Source: Eledone cirrhosa
Lineage: Eukaryota
Assembly (NCBI GenBank): GCA_964016885.1
Contig: OZ024746.1
Coordinates: 82,584,001-82,648,000, forward strand
Direction: 5' to 3'
DNA length: 64,000 nucleotides
Shown here: piece after piece, positions 57,002 through 64,000 of the stretch
Position numbering within the stretch: the first letter of the stretch is position 1
How the letters are laid out: every line of letters starts with the position of its first letter
The notes under the pieces: generated by a model
What the model saw: the letters and a program-made list of their open reading frames with translations, nothing else
Databases searched by the model: none
Told to the model about the DNA's origin: nothing
Translations under genes and position numbers: made by a program

Positions 57002-58318
57002 CAGATAGATAAGCACAAGAATACATAAACAGATAGATAGGTAGATAAATGAATAGGTATCTAGCTAGATAAATAGACAAATAGATGGATTGGAAGATAG
57101 ATAGATAGAGAGAAAAAGTGATGGTGGTCTCTCTTCTGACTTTTCCTTGTTCTCTTCTTTTTCTTTTCTATATTCACCTATATTATACTCTCTATTCTAC
57201 AGCACTTTATCCCCCCCCCCACTCTCTCATAAACTATCATTCACTTCCAACACCCCCTCCCTCTCTTTCGCTTCCGTATGTTACTTTTTTTAACTTTTTT
57301 TACTTCTTGTACTTCTCGGCCAGTTTCTTCTTTATATTTCTATGCTTTCTTCTTCTGTTTGTCCCCCCATTCTCTTTTTCTCATACACACCCTCTCCTTC
57401 TTTCTTTCCTTCTTTCTTTCTTTCTTTCTTTCTTTATCTTTCTTTCTTTCCTTCTTTCGTTCTTTCTTTCTTGACTCTTCTTTCTTTCTCTCTCTCTCTC
57501 TCTCTCTCCCTCTCTCCCCGTCTCTTTATCTCTCTCTCTCACACACTCTCTCTCTTTCTTTTACTGACTCTCTCGTCCTACCGTTGGTTACCCTTTTTTA
57601 ATGTTCTCTTCAGTTTGTCCCTTTATCCTTTTCACACTATATCACCGTTTATTTATTAACCCAACCTTACTGTTCTTCTTAAGGGCTCTCTACTTCTTTT
57701 TTTTCTTCTTTTTCCGACATAGAGCTACCTCTCCAACAATTTTGTGTGTATTTTATACTTAGCCACCAGCTTCAAAACCCACTCCTTCACCCCTCCGTCT
57801 CTCCCTCCCTCTCTCTCTGTCACTTTTCACTCCTCACTTTTACTCTCACTCTCACATTTCTTAGTTACCATCTCCCACTAACACCCCTCCCCCTCATCCT
57901 CTCATGTTTACTGCACAAACTTTGTCGTGACCTTTTCAAAAGTTCCACCTCAATAACAAATGCCGGCGTCCTTAAAGTTACTATACGCAGGTGTTTAAAC
58001 ATGTCCCTCGATTGGGAATCACTGAGCGACAGGTTTCACATCTTAACTCCGGATTTGTTCATATTAGTTTTCAAATCATTCTTTGAATATCATTTGTTTT
58101 ATGAGATTTTTCTCTCGCTTTACTAAGTATTTATTTACACTGTTTTTCCATTCATTGAATTGTTTTCTTTACTACTAAAAACCAACAGCAACGACAAACA
58201 AACGAGCTAAAGAGGAAGACCTTTCCGAGGTCGATCGACGTTTTAGAAATAGCAACAAAATACCCCTCAAATCATACCTTACCGTTTTAAAAAGAGAATT
58301 GATTAATGTAATCTACGA

Positions 58319-58535
58319 CAGGCATGTCAAACATGTCGCCCGCGGGCTGCATGCGACCCTTTACAAGCACACATGCGGCCCACACAAATGTTTTTACAAC
58401 ATGACTATGTTTTATTTTCGTAATATAAAATAAAAAAAAATTAGTTGTAATGTGTGCAATTAGTTGTGTGTGGCCCTCAGACAACACATATGTGAACCAT
58501 GTGGCATTCGAGGGACCCTAATTTTGACATGCCTG
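58319..58535. mobile_element. hAT/Charlie-type MITE
   Basis: TIRs CAGGCATGTCAAA / TTTGACATGCCTG; decayed 8-bp TSD atctacga / ctctacgg. Confidence 0.8.
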
Positions 58536-59036
58536 CTCTACGGTACACTATCTTTGAAAGAAAGGTTGGATTGTCTCGGCTGGAATACATTTATTCACGT
58601 CTGCTCGATCAGGGTTGAATTAGAACTGTTAAAAACAAACAAACGAACAAAAGTACTCAGTTCTTAGTACAGTTAAAAACAATTAAAAAACCCTAAAAAC
58701 CTAATATCTATTGTTCGCCTTTCTCACTTTGTATCTTTCTGTTTTTGTATCTTTGTCTGTCTGTCAGTATGGCTGGATATATGTCTGTCAGTGTACCTGT
58801 CTTTCTCTGTCGGTTTCTATCTCTGTTTCTTTCTCCGTGTTATAACCTTCACGAGTGTATTCACACGAGTACTGAAGAAGACAACGAAGATAGCAACGTA
58901 TTCCTGGACAAACAAATCGTTCAATAAAACCTGCCGTTGAAAATTATGGAATCCAATACGTAACTTTGGAAGAAATCGAGAATTTCCTATTCAACAGAGA
59001 GCTGTTGTGAGTGGCATTGTTGTAAAAAGAAGTAAC

Positions 59037-59252
59037 TGTAAGGAACTTATCTTAGGATCATTCCGTAGCATTTTTGTGAAAAAACAAAATAATAAAACGG
59101 GTCAGTAAGAAACTTAGTTTAATGACTGTCCTGTGGCTTTGTCGTAAAAAAACAAACCCAGGACGATAAGAAACTTATCTTAGGACCTTCCCGTGGCTTT
59201 GTCGTAAAAAAAACAAATCCAGGACGGTAAGAAACTTATTTTAGGACCATCC
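59037..59252. repeat. ~61-bp minisatellite, about 3.5 copies
   Basis: Unit approximately gtaagaaacttatcttaggaccttcccgtggctttgtcgtaaaaaaacaaacccaggacg. Confidence 0.75.
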
Positions 59253-60694
59253 CTCTGATCCGTTGATCATCAGTAAACAACCTGAAGGTGCTAGTATCAA
59301 CTGCAGTTAGTTTTCCAACGACTCAGTCTTCATGTCTCAAAACGATATTGGCTCATTTAATACATGGTGGGGAGGGGCCTTGGCTAATGATGTTCAATAT
59401 ATGCACTAGCCTAGCTATTAAAGAAGAGAGGGTCGAGGATGGCGGTCCACCCCGGCCACACTTTTATGGAGGCGGCACTTTTGGGTCTGTTGTATATATT
59501 TGAGCATGTAAAAAGGGGAAGTTTTTAGAGCGCAACTCAAAGGTTGCCCTGAGTGGCACACATCCTAGCTACGCCACGGAATATGTCTCAAAACTAGAAA
59601 AAAAAAAAAAAATCCAACTAATTATCGGGAAATACCATTCGTACAGATTATGTATAGAACTTAGTGAAAAAGAAAACAAATAGTTAAGTCTTATTTTCTT
59701 ATCCAAGAAAATTTGGAAGTTCTACACCACCAAAATGACAAAAAAGTAAACTAAGTGAAAAGCTTATTAGAGAAATCTCTAATATAATCAATTTGTATTA
59801 TAAAATGTAAGTTCGAAAACTCATTGAGTATATATCGATAGATTGGGATTTAACTGCATACGATAGTATCTAGAAAGTAACCCAATTGAATTTAGTTCGA
59901 ATGATATTTCCTGACCGGTAGCATTCACATGCTGTAAAATTACTAATACTTTGGAGGACTGTTATATACTGTCAATATTTTGTGAATTCTTCTACAGATG
60001 TGAATACAACAATACACAAGCCAAATGAAGGAGTCCCTATTGTAGCTTGACTTGCTAAAAGTAGCAGTCAAATATCCTCAAATCCCATCTTAAGAAGAAC
60101 ATATTAGATAACGTAGCTTTATACGGGAAGAAAGGGATAGGGTGATCATAGTTTGAAAGCTTTTGATCACAGTCTTCTTAATCAGGGTTGACTTGGGGCT
60201 AAACGATATAGATGACAGCAACAACATACAAACACTTCATTACCAGGAGCCATTGCCAAGAAACTGAGGCCTGAGAATATGACCCGTAATTTCAACTGAT
60301 TTTTTAAAACGTGTAAATGCCTACGAAAGTTTTTGTACCCGGCAACCACTGCTTGGTGAAATTTATTTACTGCTACCAATGCATAAATTATAGCGAAACC
60401 TTGAAGTTTATTGTATATTCGTCTCTTAGTATGCTTGCAGATATCAGTAGCGATAATATTCAATACTTACAATTTGTGATCAACAAAATGTCACTACTCT
60501 TTATTTATATAATGTATTATAAATCCGATGTAAGTATACAGAAGGGTGTGTAACAAATCGTTCTCAAAATTTTATTTCTCGCTTAAATTTATTAGAAGCA
60601 GCTGATACGTCATTTTCAGTATCTGACACGTCTAACCAGCATTACGAACCCTAATCCCAACACCAGCTCACGTAAGGAAGTCTTTGCCTGATAC

Positions 60695-60784
60695 TTTCAT
60701 ATTTCGAGGTTAGAATTCTCTTTTCAAAAGAAATGAAACGTTTCCTTTCTTTTGAAAAAGAGGTTCTAACCTCGAAATATGAAA
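60695..60784. repeat. ~90-bp imperfect palindrome
   Basis: tttcatatttcgaggttagaa...ttttcaaaagaaa / tttcttttgaaaa...ttctaacctcgaaatatgaaa. Confidence 0.8.
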
Positions 60785-61825
60785 TATAAGGTAAAAGTGT
60801 ACTGTTGTTCTGTTTTATTTTTCTTAGTTTACTTTACTCTAATTTTCAGTCTAATTTGCATTATAGCGGCTTTTCCAAGACAGTCATAATCACATATTTA
60901 CTTAGTGGTTCTTTCAACATGACTGCGGCAAGTATAGTAAAACCTATTTTTTACTGAAGAGCGTTAATAAATTAAAAAAAATACTCTAAGTTGTCTCCCG
61001 TACTTGCCGAAAGACTCAAAATAATATTAAATCTTTGTTAGTTGTGATTAAAAGTTTACTTGGTTTCTCCATTTATTGCTCAACTGTATTTTGGTTATAA
61101 TGACAGACATTGTAATGGTGATAGTGGGACACAGTAGATCCATATTACTGGTGGGGTTGGCAACGATGGTGGTGGTAGTGATGATGGTGGGGGTGGTAGT
61201 GGTGGTAGTGGTGGTAGTGGTAGTATTACTATTAGTATTAGTAGCAACAGCAGAAAAATTAGTCGTAGTCAAAGAGTAGTAGTAGTAGCAACAGCAGCAA
61301 CATCAGCAAAATTTGTAGTAGTACTAGTAGTCGTAACAACAGAAATAATTGTTTCTACTTTTGGCACAAAGTCAGCAATTACCCAGTACATTGCTGGTAC
61401 TTTATTTTATCGACCCCGTAAGGATGAAAAGCAAAGTTAACCTCGACGGGATTTGAACTCAGACCGTAAAGGGACGTAACTATGCTAGAAAGCATGGCGT
61501 CCAACCCTCTACTGATACTGCCATACCACCGTAGTAACAGAAATAATAATAGTAATACCACCTCAAACTAAAACCACTATTGCTACCACCACAACTATCA
61601 CTGGTAATACCACCACTCCCGCCACCACCACCGCCACCACCACCACCACCACCACCACCACCACCACCACCACCGAGCACATCATTGCTATCATCGTCAT
61701 TACACCCTTTAATCACATGCAATACCGCCGCCAAAACTACTACCACCACCAGCACCACCACCACCAGCTTGTAATACCACAAGAACTACTCCCACCACTA
61801 ATATTACCACTACCAATACTACCAC

Positions 61826-63866
61826 CACACCACACCTCACCTCACCATACCACACCAGACCACGCCTCACTACACCACACCACACCTCACTATACCACAC
61901 CACACCACACCAGACCACGCCTCACTACACCACACCACAGCACACCATACCATACCACACCACACCACACCACACCACACCACACCACACCACACCACAC
62001 CATACCATACCATACCATACCATACCACACCACACCACACCACACCACACCACACCACACCACACCACACCACACCACACCACACCACACCACACCACAC
62101 CACACCACACCACACCACACCACACCATACCATACCATACCATACCACACCACACCACACCACACCACACCACACCACACCACACCATACCATACCACAC
62201 CACACCACACCACACCACACCACACCACACCACACCACACCACACCATACCATACCACACCACACCACACCACACCACACCACACCACACCACACCACAC
62301 CACACCACACCACACCACACCACACCACACCACACCACACCACACCACACCATACCATACCACACCACACCACACCACACCACACCACACCACACCACAC
62401 CACCACACCACACCACACCACACCACACCACACCACACCACACCACACCACACCACACCACACCATACCATACCATACCATACCACACCACACCACACCA
62501 CACCACACCACACCACACCACACCATACCATACCACACCACACCACACCACACCACACCACACCACACCACACCACACCACACCATACCATACCATACCA
62601 TACCACACCACACCACACCACACCACACCACACCACACCACACCACACCATACCATACCATACCACACCACACCACACCACACCACACCACACCACACCA
62701 CACCACACCACACCATACCATACCATACCATACCACACCACACCACACCACACCACACCACACCACACCACACCACACCACACCATACCATACCATACCA
62801 CACCACACCACACCACACCACACCACACCACACCACACCACACCACACCACACCACACCACACCACACCATACCATACCACACCACACGACACCACACCA
62901 CACCACACCACACCACACCACACCACACCACACCACACCACACCATACCATACCATACCACACCACACCACACCACACCACACCACACCACACCACACCA
63001 CACCACACCACACCACACCATACCATACCATACCATACCACACCACACCACACCACACCACACCACACCACACCACACCACACCATACCATACCACACCA
63101 CACCACACCACACCACACCACACCACACCACACCACACCACACCATACCATACCATACCATACCACACCACACCACACCACACCACACCACACCACACCA
63201 CACCACACCATACCATACCATACCACCACACCACACCACACCACACCACACCACACCACACCACACCACACCACACCATACCATACCATACCATACCACA
63301 CCACACCACACCACACCACACCACACCACACCACACCACACCATACCATACCATACCACACCATACCATACCACACCACACCATACCATACCATACCACA
63401 CCACACCACACCACACCACACCACACCACACCATACCATACCATACCACACCGCACCACACCACACCATACCATACCATACCACACCACACCACACCACA
63501 CCATACCATACCACACCACACGACACTACACCAGACCACGCCTCACTACACCACACCACACCATACCATACCACACCACACCACACCACACCACACCACA
63601 CCACACCATACCATACCATACCACACCACACCACACCACACCACACCACACCACACCACACCATACCATACCATACCACACCACACCACACCACACCATA
63701 CCATACCACACCACACGACACTACACCAGACCACGCCTCACTACACCACACCACACCATACCATACCACACCACACCACACCACACCACACCACACCACA
63801 CCACACCACACCACACCACACCACACCATACCATACCATACCACACCACACCACACGACACTACAC
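61826..63866. repeat. ~2-kb homogeneous pentanucleotide satellite (CCACA/CCATA)n
   Basis: Read directly; recurring variant block ctacaccagaccacgcctcactaca at 63526 and 63721, with related blocks near 61855 and 61910. Confidence 0.95.
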
Positions 63867-64000
63867 CATTATTACCAGCAATGGCACCAACACTCGTATC
63901 ACTACTGCTATTAGTAGCACAATCACTATTACACCATTACTATCGTCACCAATAGAACCATACCCCCCCCCCCCCCCCCCCCCCCCCAGTCATCACCACT

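Noticed and set aside
58872-58900. Isolated CTGAAGA/CTGATGA words (also at 6940, 7952, 43064, 60954)
   Set aside because: No paired helix II with GAAA and helix I in the right arrangement, so not counted as hammerheads.
61870-63856. 549-643-aa ORFs (VVWCG repeats)
   Set aside because: Translation of the (TGTGG/TATGG)n satellite, open in several frames because the repeat has no stop codons.

Overview
AT-rich, repeat-dense animal genomic DNA. The SINE families and very high microsatellite load suggest an octopus/cephalopod (inference). One complete protein-coding gene could be rebuilt by hand: IQCB1/NPHP5 on the minus strand (25277->2015, 14 coding exons, all GT-AG, phases consistent, 1782 nt = 593 aa + stop, with IQ motifs). 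The rest is mostly mobile-element debris: about 30 tRNA-derived SINE copies, RTE, Tx1-like and CRE-like LINE fragments, a decayed Chapaev-type transposase, a Merlin-type element, and hAT, Tc1/mariner and piggyBac-like MITEs. There are also mini- and microsatellites and a local duplication. The least obvious signal is a set of more than 15 type-I hammerhead ribozyme motifs (about 7 with an intact catalytic core) from several sequence families. Most sit beside (TA)n tracts and have a short palindromic helix III, and five lie on the same strand within 43.3-45.3 kb. They are most likely pseudo-LTR remnants of microsatellite-targeting Penelope-like elements. All folds and alignments were done by eye; no database search was run.
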